Shown here: piece after piece, positions 1-14,900 of the stretch | Numbering within the stretch: position 1 is the first letter of the stretch | Layout: each line of letters begins with the position of its first letter | Assembly: GCA_964035545.1 (NCBI GenBank) | Contig: OZ037767.1 | Location: forward strand, 25,002,628 to 25,066,627 | Direction: 5' to 3' | DNA: 64,000 bases | Source of the DNA: Bugula neritina | Lineage: Eukaryota; Animalia; Bryozoa | Notes under the pieces: model-generated | Database searches by the model: none | What the model was told of the DNA's origin: nothing | Seen by the model: only the letters and a program-made list of their open reading frames with translations | Made by a program: the position numbers and the translations under genes

Positions 1-896
1 TCTTTAAATAGATTGGCAAGTACTGATCCATGAAGCTGGTGATTGCTAGTTGTTGGCAATGCAGCCACAGTCTGATACAGCAAACATAACATTACAATGC
101 CCAAAACTATTTTTGTATTACTGTTGTACAAATATGAAACAAATTTATATTCACATTTGGCAGTTAAATGATAAAATGCAGAGCACTTTCTAATGTACCA
201 TCAAACACAATATGTTGTAAACTAAGGCATAAGTATATATCATATTTCTACCTGTCAAAGTACATTATGTAAGAAATGGGGCGCAGATGGCTACGTATTT
301 AATAACTTTTAGTTTTGATTAGGTTTCACAATTTGGTCTACAAGTATGATTTACCACTCTATGTTATAAGTATGGAATTTTAATCTAAATATGAGTTTTA
401 AGACCCCTGAAGCAGTTTGACCTCTGAACTATTCATCCACCCAGACACGAAATCCTGTAGATATTTCATACTTGTTGGTAACATTTTCCTTGATTGTTCC
501 ACAGCAACTTATAATTATAAAGTATGGCATATTAGTGAGTAATAATGTATGCTTCCCTAATGTCATTGCAAGAATGTAAACTCCCATAAACTGTGTCATA
601 GTTAATTTAGGGTATTCTCATCATGTAATCTAAACTAGAATCAATGGACATTGGTGTTTATGCTTATTGTATTTATGTACTTTCGTTGTTTATTGTCACA
701 TAGGTGTAGTAGTGGAAAGTTTTTTAATAACTTTAATTTTTCACTAAATTTTGGTTTAGGACAAGGGTTGGTTAAAAATTCTCACAAGAACATAACTTTT
801 GCTACATTTTTAATGTAGAACACAGGCTTTCCTCCCTTACTGCACCTACCTCGTTATATTGTACTCTATGATTGACTCATTTTATCTGCTGCACAG

Positions 897-3800
897 TCGT
901 ACCGATACTTCCCTTCTAACATCGAGATCATAGAGTGGCTTGGAGCTTACTATATTGAGTCTCAGTTCTGTGAAAAAGCTGTGTCGTACTTTGAAAGAGC
1001 CTCCATTATTCAGTGAGTCTTTCATCTTTTTTAATTTTGTTTAATTGTGCAATATTTCACACATTTCATACTGTCTGTCGTATGATGTTACAATCAAAAT
1101 AATTGTTATATTTGAAGTGATGCATGAACTGAATTATGTTTTAGCCCATTATCATTTCGTTGATTGATTAAACATGATCCTTTTTAATTCCCTGCCAACC
1201 TAATATAAATTAATTTAAAGAATTTTAAGGAGAATTTAGTGGCTACTGTTGAAATGGCTTATATAACTTTACAGATCAGTGTAGTTTTACTTGATGTCTA
1301 CATATGCAAACACTCATAGTTAGTCAAAAACATAATGAAGAAGTCTTTTTCTATAGCCTAATATCTTAGTGGGCACGTGCCTTACTATATAGGAACACTA
1401 CAGCGCCAACCTGCTTCTTTCAATTCTACAATTTACTTCAAACTCACATAGTATAGTTGTCTTCTTTTTTAAATTATTGGACTTGAGTAGGTAGCATAAT
1501 ATGCTGCAAAGAAGACAAACGTGACTTGCATTCTGCCAAGTAACTATTAGCTCACTCCCTATGGATTAGTGCTGGTATAACCAGCGAGTATGTGCAAGTA
1601 GACATGACTTTCAGGTTCAGGTGATTGCTTGTTTGTTGGCAAATCTACCTGCTATTATGTTCAGTGCTTCGCTTATCAGATTTGGCGAAGAAGAATCAAT
1701 GCTAATCACGGTTTATTTCTTTAAATTATATTATAACATTTGGCATGTCAACTTTAATACATTTTATTGATTTCACTTTTTTGCTACTTATTAGTAACAA
1801 TATTTTGGTAGGGGTATGTTTTCATCGTGTATAATTTTAATGTTGAAAACGTGTAACGTGCTTTAGACCCAATCATGTGAAATGGCACCTCATGGTTGCA
1901 AGTTGTCACAGGAGGAGTGGAAATTATCAACAAGCACTTGAAACTTACAAGTTCATACATAAAAAGTTTCCCGATAACATAGAATGCCTCAAGGTGAGAG
2001 ACATTTTATTCACGGCTCGTAAAAAGCTATCTAAACCCATATGAACTCTTGCTACCCAAGCTATAGTTACACTAGTCTAATTACAATAGCCGAGATCTCT
2101 TGTTGTATGCCATATGCAGGTTGCTGCAGCTGCAGTTATCCCCTGTTATCACATTCCCTTCTGTTACTGCATACTGCAACTCTCTTATTACCACGTTTAG
2201 CTGTAAACTAGCGTCTCATGTGTTTATGACCTGTACTGACTGTCACTCTATACTTTAATTTGTCATGCTTGCTTTCAGTTTTTGTAGAGTTCAATGTGGC
2301 ACAACTTGACACTAACAGCCTATTCTGTACGTAGATGGGTACTTGACTAAGATATCATTTGTTTACTGTATTTACTGCAATAAGAGCAGCTCAATTGCTG
2401 TTTAAATAGTTGAGAAAATAGCGAATCCATTGTTAGAGTGAACGTGTCATGCATGTATATAAGCCGATGATAAAATATTATATTTTCAAGTATTTCTCTT
2501 ATTCCTATGATCCAATGTGAATCGTCTGCCCGTAAGTCTTGCTTTTTGGAATAACCTGATGCTCCAGTTATTATGCAAGCCTCATTACAGCAGAATAGAC
2601 TAGTCTAGGGGTGCTACAATACATACAGACATATTCTATAAATATAACATATCGTTGAAACCCTTTGGATAAGCTGAAATGTTTAGTGGAGCAAGCAAAT
2701 GAATAAACTATCAGTATGAGCCAAACAGCATCTTTAATGCTATTAAGAATGCTTTTAATATGAAATTCTGATTTTTTTTTGGGTATTAATTGGATTGCTT
2801 TTACAATTGGTCAATTTAACATTTTTATATGAGCTTAAGGTTACTCATTGTACAGGAGGATAAACATAATCTTAATATGTCTGCCTCTTATCTCTTGATA
2901 TTCACTGACCACAATCTCAGCTACCAAGTTATTTTTATTTAATAATGAACTCAGATTTACTGATGAACTTACAGTTTTAGTACATGTTCAAGATGATATT
3001 AAAGTTACGCAATGTTGAGTTCAAAATAAATTGTGCTAATTTTAGAACTCTAGACCTTTAGTTTATAGTTGAAAAAGAGGTCAGAAAAATGTTATTGATC
3101 ACAGATCACATGTAAACATAACTACTTGATTTTAGTTCCACAAAAAAATGTGGGCTTGAAAAGTATGTTAAAGATAAAATGATATCATAAATTTGATAAC
3201 AGCATTCTTTAAAAGTTTATTTTGTACACATCATGCTGCCTAGAGAGAGTTTGTGTGATCAGTTGTACTCTGCTTCAGTCACAACTTTGGTCACTGGGTG
3301 GGGGGGGGGCTTTTATACACTGCCCCTTCTCATCTATTCTTAAGGCTAAAATATGATATTTATATTAATGAGTACACATATGTATTCTTTAAGCATTTAC
3401 ATGGAAATAGAGGTTAAATAAAAATTAACTCATTATGCTAGCCCCAAATGTGTTTAGAATTGTATTTCTGATCACAACTATTTCAACTCGGAGATAAACT
3501 TTTACGGGTTTTTGTATGCAAAATGCTAAGCCTCTGGAAATATGCTACTTTACATTCAAATATGGCTTCAGCCTTGGGGAAGTGAGTAATGGTCTTTGGG
3601 TCCTGAGACAAGAGTATTCTAGAGTATTCTAGACATACCTACCAAAAATAGCTTCTCATGTCTGATAAATTAGTTCTGACAAGACAAGATACTTAACTCT
3701 GCATATGTTTTATTGCATATTTATATGAATTTACATGTCATAAATATTGCCCAGTTCTAGTTTTAGGTCTATACATATTTTAATTCGTTGTAGCATTTTT

Positions 3801-6800
3801 ATTAATGCATCTGTTACATGAATAATTAGATTTTTAGGGCTGTACCCAAATTATGTAATGTATACATCGCGTGTCCTCCTGGATAGCTTGTGATTGGTTT
3901 GGAGCTTGATTTTCTGGCAATATTTTCTCCACTCTTGCCATAACCTACTTTTATTGAAAATTTCCAAGGTTTAACATACAGTGCTCCCTTTATATCTCCT
4001 TGTTTTATTCTATAGATCACGAGAATGGCTCAAACCCCCATTTTTTGGCTTATGTATATGTGTATATAGACAAAATGGCAGAATTTAATAGTTCCATGAG
4101 TTAAATATGGTATTCTACTATGTTACAAATTGAGGTTTTGGGAGATACTGAACACTGTATACTGAATGCCCATATGTTATACACTTATACTTCTTTCCTT
4201 GTAGTTTCTGGTTAAGATCTGCTCAGACCTGGGACTAAAGGAGGCCCAGGACTATGCCAATAAACTAAAGAAAGCAGAGAAGGCAAAGGAGCTGAAAGAG
4301 CAGGTATTTTACTGAGTTGTAACACTTGACAACAAGTGCTTGTCATCTATACATCTAATATCTCCACAAATACTAAAACAACTTTACTAGTTGATGGTTG
4401 CTGGATGCAGCCAGTTCTTGTTTATATCACACTGAATCATATTTGTTGAGAATGTTGTCCAATTTCAAGGCTTGTCTCACAGCTTACAGCTTGTCATCTA
4501 ATCAGTGGCAGTTGCTAGTGGCTTTAGCTATTATTATAAAAATTGGTGTTTACTTGTTTTCAACTTGCTGTATTCCTTGTGGCGAATGACCAAACTAGGA
4601 AAGAAGAACTTCTGCGAATAAATATATTATATAACACACTGCAACCCCTAGAGATTTCAACTTTACCACAAATTGCTAAAAATATATATACCATATATAG
4701 TACATGTCGAAAGATTAAACCAATTTCATTACGATGCACCTGCGTGAAGAAACCTTGCCCTCGTGTTTGTAGAGAGTTACTAGTGGTACTAGAAGACTTG
4801 GCAGCGGAGCACCTAGTAGGAACAGTTCTGCTGGCAGCGGTATGTATAGAACATAGATCAATATAATGACTATAATCTTGTAGAGGTTCATTCTTCAACA
4901 TATTATAATACTGCCTTGCTGTGAGTTATGTACAGTGTTGAGGAAATTTCAAAAGCCTGTGGTCAATGTAGACGCAGTAATGAAAATTTTTAAAAAAGCC
5001 TGTGTTCTAGTTACAAACTTTAGCAAAAGATGTTATACTCTCACTAGAATTTCAACTTCTGTTCTCAAACTGAAACTCATCAATAAAATTAAAAACCTAA
5101 ACTATTAAAATTTTTCAGTTGTGTCACAAAAAGTTGTGTATTTGCAAAAGCTATGCTTTGTGACCCAAACCAAATTTAATTGGAAATTAAAATATTCAGG
5201 CTATTGAAATTTTTCAGTTACTTTAATCAGCTGACCCTATTTAGCACCATTTCATTAAATCTGAAAAATACAAAACCTTAATTAATATTCACAAATATGT
5301 GCCTTGTAATTTAAATGAGGCTCAAAATATTACAGTTTAATTTATTTTATCTGATTTCCATATTTGAAGTTCATTTCACAGCACATAGTTGTAAAACTTC
5401 GAGAACAAGCATTTGTACAGATTCTTCACATAGTATGTTGTAACAGCCTGTAACATCAATGCATAACTCACCAAAATACCTTTTGTCCCTAAACATTTAA
5501 TTGTTTTAATAAACCTAAAATGACCTACTCTGTGAAAGTTAAAATATTTTCTTGTTTATAAACATTAATTTCCTGTCCTTAGCTTTTGTTGTGATGTACT
5601 AAGACTACCAAAACATCTCACATACTCATTTAGGTCTTCTCATACATCTGCAATACCCATCTGCATCTTCTTTATTCTGCAACCTAGTTTCGGTTCCCTT
5701 GAAATAATAGTCTAGCATAAGTATTAACTCATTTTTCTGCTGGTTACCATAAATTTGTCAACTCTGCTGATTCTTAGATTTGCAAGGATTCTACTGTCAA
5801 ATGAAAATCTATTTCAAAAATTTTCTGATTCTCCTCCCCCCCACCGTGAATAACCTACTACACCACTGTAATTTTTATGCTTCCCAATTATTTCTTTATA
5901 TAGTGTTAGGTGATTGATTATCATATTTAAATAATTTGGTAAATTGTAAAATCCTGTAAGTTTTATGAATTTTAAATGTTGCCAAGGTTCTATAACAAGT
6001 TATTTCACACCAGGCTAATACCATTATTCATTTTGATTCTGCCACTCTCTGACAGCTGGTGTTACATTATTTTATTTTAGAAAAAAATTAACCACAATTA
6101 TAAAGGCAAATTTTGGCTGGCATTTATTTCCTTTTAATACGCAAAAAGTAGTAAATCATTTTAATGCCAGTAAATTTTATACCCAAATTTAATTTTACGT
6201 ATTTGCTTGTGTTGCTATTACTTGGGGAATGTGGAGATAGAAGCCCAGCTAGTGCTACTGTACATAGGTACAGTAGTGTGTCACAGCAGTATTGACATGA
6301 TTTGTTCTGCTTTTAGGAGGGGCCACACTAGGAGCAGGTAGGAGAGATGTGTTTTGTTGATCTGTCTATGTCCAGTTAGTGTTAGGCAGCTCTTACCCGT
6401 ATGATTTGGTTTGTGTGACTTCACGCTGCCGCGCGCCACAACTAGCCATTTTAATCAACCCTCTCTTCATCAAAATATTGTTGACTATTTGTTATTTACT
6501 AATCATGTTACATTGTAAGCAAAAACATGGAAAATCATGTTTCATGTCAGCAGTGAATAAGGAACTCAGTAACGACTCATTAACACGACAGATGCAAACT
6601 ATAGCATCTGGAAAGCCAACTGTGTAGTAGTAATTACATAAAATAGATTCTAACTGTAATTCTCAGACAGAATGTTACGTAAGCTGTAAGAATCAATATT
6701 TTACTACTAACAGGTTTGATCAGCTTGTGAAATGACTTTCTGCTAAAGTGTGACTAAAATAGAGTGTATAGCCACTGGACGTGTGCACAGGTTGCTGTTT

Positions 6801-9800
6801 CTGGGTGGGGGGGGGTTAATGTACCCATATTTCAGTATAAACTGATTATAACATGAAACTTAAGGAACTGAAGACAGCATGTTAAGTTACAACCAATAAG
6901 TTATCACATTGCAGTACTTGTATTTTGTACAGATAGGCACTGACTCATGTGGAATCTTCTTTCAAAAAAAAGTAAATTCTTTTCTTACAAGTTGCAACTC
7001 ATTTCAAACAATAAGTAAGCTCAGTATTACAGAAATATTGCTTTTACTAACAGTGAGGGTTACTCTTATTTCAAGTTAATTCTTCTGTATTTTTTGCTTT
7101 GGTAGTGCTTTAATTATTCAAGTTAGCATGAAAGTTTATTGGGTCATTGAAAGAATTTTAAAAATTAAACGAAATCTCAATCTATAAGTTCATAGTTCAT
7201 AATAAACGTATCAAAGTAGAATCAGCTTGAACCAAATTTTAGTCGGCTTCACTTAATGGAATGGGTCTTCTATAGAAATTAGCAATATATGATATATACT
7301 TAGTTACATAATACCACCTGAAATACAGTAAATATGCACCAACTCTTGTCTAATACAGCTGCAGTGCACGTTTCATTTACATGAGCTCTTCTGTAAGTCT
7401 TTAACCTGAGTAAATCTTTTGATCTCAATTATTCAAAGTTGATCTCATTGAGTTGATCAACTTTCCCTGAGACAAGTGGAGTATTTGAAGAGATATAATT
7501 GTACTTGTTGACATTTCTATGGTTTCTCGTTGGGTGACAGGATAAGTTATCTGTATCTCGAGTATGTTAATGAATAAATTGTGCAAAAAATATTCAAATT
7601 TAATTAGAAGCACATATTTTGGCTTGAGCTAATTAATTAGAGGTGTGTTCTGAGATTGCTATGTTTGCTGACGAATTTCTCATTGTTGAAGTTTTCAGAT
7701 TTCTCAGAAGTGTATCCTGACACAGCTATTACTCTGTAGTTGTGTTTGTGTATCAAAGTTTTATTCCTTCTTTTAATGTAAACAGAAAATCTTGCTCTCT
7801 ATTTGCTGCCTTTTGTGATGTCTTATAAAAGAGGCAGCAAGTTTATTGCAACTAAAAATTTAAACTCCTGTTTTTGTTGAGACAAGTTTGAGATATGTTG
7901 GCATGAGATTTACTGTCGTTTCATCTCGTTGGCTGATTTGAAAGTAATGACATTGTTGATATTATTGTTTGTGCTAGAGAAGCACAAATCACATTTTTGC
8001 TGTACATACTGCAGCATTCACCTAACTTGACTAATATTTGAACAGTGCCATACTACTCTTACCACATCTATCCATCATTTACTATCCTGTTGTCTAAATC
8101 ACCGCATTGGCATCTGGTAGTTGGTCAAACTACTCAAACCCTTGTCATCCTTCCAGTAGATCTTTCTTCCTATGCATAGGGTCACACGTCTCCTAGGGTT
8201 TCTCTGCTAACCGCTGAGGTTATTTCGGTAACACTTGCACCTGCTTTTTAGAATAATTACTGTAGGGCATTTCGCTCAGTACTTCAATAAAAACATATTT
8301 TAATATTTAACAAATGTTTTTATAATTCTATGGTGTCTTAGTTGGTGAAGAAAATTTGCATTTAATATAAACAATATTTCTAAGATTGATTTAATGGCTT
8401 TTGTCTGGTTCTGATTGGTAGATCGGATGGGGAGTGGAACTGGGAGCAGAAAGTCCTCGTCCATAGGCGCACGGTCTTCTGCTGGTAGAAACAGACGGGC
8501 AATAAATCTAGAAGGAGCAGATGATAAACCTTATCAAGTCAGCAACCCTAAAACAGTTGGTGAGGCAGCATTAAGATATGACTACACAACCCCTCTTCTC
8601 TACTCTCCATAGTCACAATCAGCTCCAAAATCTCATGAAAGTTGTCTTAGTCGTTGTATAGAATTGATTGGTTGTCTCGGTTGTTGGTGTTAGAAATGCC
8701 ATCATGTGATGTTTTTGGCTGCAACATCCTTTTCTACTTTGTTGAATATGAAAATAATATGGCCAGGAAATGTTATTTATTTGGTGTTACAGATCTTCTA
8801 CATTTTTGGTGACATCTCTAACCTACAGTTACTAGCTTTGCCTTTACTTTTAGCTTGGGATCCATCAAGTTGCTACTTCAGCGCAGAGATGCTTAGCTTG
8901 AGTTTATAACTTTTGGTTTGGCATTTAGTTTGAGGTGTGGATGTTTTATATCATAGGCAAACAACTACACGTGTGACATCTCTTTCCTAGTTTTAAAGCT
9001 TTTTAAAAAATGCACTTCTACATTGACCTACAATGGAGCCCTGATGTTTGTTTGTTTAGCAGACTATGGACTTTTGTCTCAAATTATGCTGGCAACATTG
9101 CCTAAGTTCTTTAAACTAGCATCACAACAGTTGGCATCGCTGGCACGCCAGCCACCCTCATGGTATTTAAACCTCTGGCTTAGCACATTGCCTTATGCAA
9201 TCGCTGTCCATTATTTGGCTAAGTTTCTTTCTGGCTGAGAGAAATAGACTTTAGTTAGTGAGAAACAATCATATTGTGATTAGTATTGACTCAACACTCT
9301 CACACTTCTCTGGCAGAACAAGTGTGTGGGGGATTTGGTTTCTTCAGCCAAGTGAGCTAAATTATAGGAAAATAAGTTAATTTATTGTTAGTTGTTCAGA
9401 AGCAAGCTTTGGAGAAAAATCAGAAATGTCACAGTGTATGATCGCAGGTTGCTATATCTGCTTCCAAGTTTTGGTTCAACTCTAAGCAGTTGAGTTGCCG
9501 CAACCCTATTGCACTCAGCTTTCGAAATAGTTTTACCATAGAAACAGATGGTAGTAGTAACAGAATGCATGGGGGTGAAATCATCAAATGACAGTCAATA
9601 CATTTATATTGGTTCACTGTCTAACTTTTATTGTATTGAGACAGACAAACTTTAATACTTAAATGCCATTTTTAAACAACTGCAGTTTTAATTATTTTCA
9701 TCTTTCATAATGCAGGCATAAAATAAGTTTTGGAGTGTTTAGCATTTAAAGAATAAAACTGTGAAGTTATTTGGGAGAGTTATTTATGAAGAGAGTGTCT

Positions 9801-9953
9801 AGTTTAAGTTTATCAAATATTTTTGCAGATTCGAGTTATGCTGACCCTCTGGGGCCGCAAATGGAGAGACCCAAGACTGCTGCCAAACGACGTGATGACG
9901 CTGCCGATGATTTTGCTGACGAGGAGCTGGATGACGACTTGCTGCCAGATTAA
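897..9953 (+). CDS. IFT88: Intraflagellar transport protein 88 (TPR protein), 3' part; 5' exons lie upstream of the window
   Basis: Phase-consistent GT-AG exons: 897-1012 (SYRYFPSNIEIIEWLGAYYIESQFCEKAVSYFERASIIQ), 1867-1993 (PNHVKWHLMVASCHRRSGNYQQALETYKFIHKKFPDNIECLK), 4205-4303 (FLVKICSDLGLKEAQDYANKLKKAEKAKELKEQ), 4773-4839, optional 6317-6337, 8422-8559, 9829-9953 (SYADPLGPQMERPKTAAKRRDDAADDFADEELDDDLLPD*). These match the IFT88 C-terminal TPRs and its acidic tail (DPLGPQ.ERPKTAA...DDFADEEL.DDLLP). Confidence 0.96.
6317..6337 (+). CDS. IFT88: Candidate 21-nt frame-preserving microexon of IFT88 (adds GGATLGA)
   Basis: tttgttctgcttttAG|GAGGGGCCACACTAGGAGCAG|GTagga. Phase 1-1 matches the flanking exons, there is no stop, and the Gly/Ala-rich peptide resembles the surrounding linker. 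Confidence 0.6.
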
Positions 9954-10094
9954 TTTACAGTTCACTTACAAATGAATGGATATCTAGCAAGCTGCATCTG
10001 TGTCAGAACCCTTGGATAATTAATTTAAAACCTTTTCTTACTGTATTTTGTTATATATAGTAAAATACAAATCTTTTTAAATTCAATCTCTTTC

Positions 10095-10100
10095 AATAAA
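10095..10100 (+). terminator. Polyadenylation signal AATAAA, likely for IFT88
   Basis: First AATAAA, about 140 nt after the IFT88 stop. Confidence 0.55.
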
Positions 10101-11770
10101 ACTTGTTGCCCTTCATAAGTCGTAATTATCATTTAAATTGAACTCTAATTGAAATATTTTTGCTCATTCAACAATTTCAGCGTCGTTTACTACATACCTA
10201 CCTTTTAGTTTTGATTTACAAGAATGTTCCTCATGTGTTTAATGTACTAGTCTATCAATTCACGGATGTGCTTGTTGTTGGTATTAATAGCAAGCTATAT
10301 TATTATAATAAATATTTTGTCTCACTGATCTTTGCCTCAAGTATTGTCAATGGTCACGATGTACATACATTCATTAGCTAGTTACGAACCATTGAAAAAA
10401 TATTTTTCCCAAGATATTTGTCACTATTAGCACATAAAATGCTAATTAGCTTTAAAACATCAGCTCAGTCAGCAATTAGCAAAGAGTAGATACTGGAGAT
10501 TTTTATTTCTTTTCAATAGTTAGATAGAATGGCTGTGTGGTGGGACACAATAGGTTCAGTGAATGTAGGAGCTTCAAATATATTTGTATTCCATTAGATA
10601 AAACAAATAGCAGCTCCTTTTACACCTACCCTTTTGTTATTCGTTTTATAGGCTTGTATTAGATCACTAATGGCCTGCTATATAGTGATAGTATTACCTC
10701 TCAACATGACATTTAGTCTGTCTGTGTGTCGATTAGTCCTCCATATTGCATACAAAAGTATAACATGACAAAACTAGATCCTGGCTAGTTTTAGTGAACT
10801 TGAGGTAATATAATGTAATTTTAATCATTAGATTTATAAGGTGATAAATTTGCACATTATAATCATCAAGGGTCCAGAGTTCCTATAATGCTGTAAATAC
10901 AATTATAAGTTTTATTATTACTTGAAAATTTTAATTCCAGCTTGCTTAAAAATTTTCTGGTTGCTATTGCAACAGTTTGTGCATCTCTTAGTTTTGGTCG
11001 ACATGACTAGTTATTGATGAACTTGATGGAGTGAAAATTCACTAACTGCAATAAGTGCTATTTCACACTGTTGCTATACATGTAAAGAATATGCCATTAT
11101 ATTCCAATAACTATTAGCAAGAAAGTTAACATTCAAAATTTTAACCTTATTACATACGAAATCAATATAACACACATACTAAGTTTACTAAAATTTTATC
11201 AAGTATTGACCATGATTTTCCATTTGAAAGTCTCAACTTAGTTATAAGTAAACTACTGCGTGTAAAAGGCAGCTTTTGAAAAATCCATTTTTTACTTTCT
11301 ATTATTTTGTAAAGTAAGTGTTTAACAGTTTATTGTATATTCATAAAATGTGCTTTGGAAGCTTAACTTACGAGCTTCATGAACATTGGTAGACACTGCT
11401 GCACTGATTCAGCAGGTTTCATAAGTTAGGTACTTCAATGATCATGGTATCATACATACACAGCTATGGATTAAAACACAATTAATACATAACATTATGT
11501 AAACTTATCTACCAGCGTATTATAACTACATGGCAGATTGCCAGATTTTACTTGGAAGAAATATTGTTTATATCCACTGTGCAGAGGCCTGACAAATTGT
11601 ACAAATGGCAGCTTAATTGATATTTTTAGATAATAATAATGTTTATTGTAGTACTGGTTTATTACAACCTGCAGATCTTCTGTCACATGTCAAACAGAGT
11701 CCTAATAATTATATTGTTATATAATTATATGTTAATAGAGCTCTGTTATCACAAGCAATTACTACTTGAT

Positions 11771-11781
11771 CTATTGGCTGA
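11771..11781 (-). promoter_or_regulatory. CCAAT box (NF-Y-type) upstream of Eph exon 1a
   Basis: ctattggctga, reverse complement tcagccaatag, about 220 nt upstream of the exon 1a ATG and next to a locally GC-richer patch. Confidence 0.4.
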
Positions 11782-11993
11782 TCATGAAAAGTAGCTTGTC
11801 TATTCATTGATATTGATGGGTGGTGCGCTACCCGTCCCACACTGCAGCTAATCTGCAGTGTAGAGTCCTAAGGCTTACTAGTTTCAGGTGTAGTAGTGAA
11901 TAGAAGGCTGTCATTACAGCTCCACTTGTGATGATGAGTGGACAAGATTCAACCTGCTCACTGTTCCCACAAGACCTCCACTACTCACCTGGC

Positions 11994-14900
11994 ATGTGGA
12001 TTATACCTTTTCTCTTTCTCAGTCTCTCTGTCAGGACTACTCTTACAGCAGAAGGTAAGAGATGTTTTTTGTATAAACTTTCTTGTTTAAATTATAATCG
12101 TTTTATATTAGTTTCAGATTATTTTTACAGTATGAAGATGTACGTTAATAAAGTATAAGGCAATTACTGTAATTATGGCTATTGACAGTTAATTACTGTT
12201 CATTTCTTGTATAATGTAGAATAGTCAAATGACCTAGAGATAAAGTAGCTGTACTTTTACTTCAGACATAGATTTGAGCTGCTTTGCTCTGTTACGGCAG
12301 CAACAAAATCAGCAGCAAATAAAGTTCTGCAAATATATATGGCTGCATAATAATAATAACATCTTTAATGCATATTACTGCAAAAATGTTTGTACCTAAC
12401 AAACTTCTGCTAACCGATTAGATAATTTAAAAAAAATAGCTTCATGTATATTGATGTAGCAGAACCCTATTCTAGGAAAATAAGATTTGCAAAATAAATA
12501 AGAAACGAGCATAAACCAAAAGCAAAATTAGTATACTATAAAAAGATATTACTATTAGCTGTGTTTTGAAGTTGAAACTAAAATAGCAGCAATATAATAC
12601 TAAAAATTCAGCATGCTGTGTACTTTTAAAAATTTAATCTAAAACTACATATACAATTAATAGTATTGTTATGTCAATGGCTAAAGAGGATTGTGTATAT
12701 AAATTATTTATATTATATTATAATAGCTACTGAATATTCATCACACTATCACAACGAATTTTAAATAAACTCATGCATTATTTGCATTAGCATAGCAATG
12801 TACTTTTTTTGTATTATGTAATGCTATTTCGCAACCCTTTATCATCATAATATTATAGTCAAGCTACTTGGTAAAGAAAAATACTAAATACACCTAAGCT
12901 TAAATTTACATGTAATTTAGTGTCTGTAATTTTAACTTGCATGTTTCTGAACTAAGCTAAATATTGTTATTATTGAGCTGTATTTGGGTGCCTGGATCTG
13001 TTTGTTTAAAAAGATGAGGAATATGTAAAGTTGACTAAGCTGTTACCACATATCTATGTGTGCTAAAACAACATAACATTCTGATTATGCAAATTTTATG
13101 TATGCAGTTTCACCATATAAATATTTTAAATATCATAAGCATTATTCACACAAACCCGCAAACAAAATTAACAATGCATATTTACTATTGTTTTACCTTA
13201 AAGTTTTTTTATTTGGGCATTAATATTGAGTCAAAATTGCAAATGTTGATAGAAAGAAATGGCGGATGAATAGAGAGACTTTAGTTACAATCCTTTCTCA
13301 TGTAGAATTCAGAAGCTCTTCGGTTTTTATATTAGTCTATATGTCACTGTACTTTATGCAGACGACTGTGGCAGGCTTGGTAAAACAGAGTAAACAATTA
13401 ATTCCTTTTACAACTTAGTGTCTGGGTATGTGAGACTAGGGTTTAAAGGCAACACTTGATTACAGGGATAGTATTACTCCCTAAAGTCCATTGATTTCAC
13501 TCTTGAATATATAGTGGCAGTTATTTGAGCAAAATATTAGCCTCATAAATCTTCTTTGATATCATGTTCTATTGAAGAGTGAATTTTTCACACAATATTT
13601 GCCAGCTACTAGTAACCAGCTTGTTGGCAATGCATTTACAATACTATTACTAAATACATCAATTGACACAACTGCCTACTCTATGCCAATGCTCAGCCAT
13701 TGCTAGATACTATTATATTAATGCAATAGTTGATAGTTCAAAAACCTTGGAACTTTCCAAAGGTGATTTGTTTGGCTTTTGTTTTATATATGGATTATAG
13801 AAATCTAGAGTGAGACGCCTGTTATGTTGTCACTAAGGATTGCTATTTAAATACTGCTATAAGAAGTCTTTTAAGTCTTGAATTTTTCATTTTTGTATTA
13901 CTTTCACTTTGGTAAAGACAGAATGACATCTTTTAATAAATGGTTTATTTTAAATATGGCTTACCAACAAAATGACACATTTTGTGGTTTTTGCAACATT
14001 TTATTTCTTTAGTCAACAGTATTTTATGGAATTCATTGTCATATATAAAAAAGCTACTTTATTTTATATGCAATAAAAAGCAGGATCCCCATATCATTGT
14101 TTAGCTAATAGCACTACAAATAATCATTTATTTTTAATTGTCTGCACTAGATTCAAATAGAACAAATTTTTTCTTGCATAAATTAAAATGTTCATTTTTT
14201 GCAAATCTTAAATTCAAATGTCTATATTTTTTGTGTATAATGAATATCTAATAATAGTAAAAATAAATAAAACAATAGATTCCAATATGACTACTTTACA
14301 GTTCATGGTGATTTGTAATTCTAACACAATGATTACCTATATAAAAGATTCTAATTAGATCTAATTTGAGGATCTACTCTAAATATAATGAGTTTTGTAA
14401 GCTTATCTTTTTACAAAATGTTCAGTGGCTGATTTCTAATTCAATGTAAATAATATAATCAGAAATGGGGCTCTTATTAAAGCTAATCTTTGGTGATCAA
14501 AGAAAATTTGGTGTACAATCTTTGTTTTGACACCACAAGAATGATAAACTAGACATAGGACAACAATCATATTGCATTCTAACATGTATCTTATCAATAT
14601 TGGCTTTAAGTCGCCATTCAATATCTGAATCAAACAGTAAAACATGTAAAACATAAAAAGTAAAACGCTTAATACCTTCTGCAGGCCAGAAAATGTTTGA
14701 AGAGATCATATTTTTGTCAAAAAAGACGTCACTACTCCATGTCTGAATTTAATTACTCACCATACCAGCTGTGGATAAAGCAAACATGCAATATTTACTG
14801 CGTATTGCTTACAAATTCACAGTTTCAGGGAGAATATCACGGCTTGTGGGCACAGTGTGGTTGGTAGTCTTTCAGAGAGCAAATATCAGACTGCAGAGTA

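Noticed and set aside
3296-3309. G-runs (also 6803-6815) as G-quadruplexes
   Set aside because: Too short for a three-tier intramolecular G4; simple homopolymers.
4398-4901. Overlapping ORFs of 63-113 aa
   Set aside because: Off-frame or antisense reads across IFT88 exon 4773-4839.
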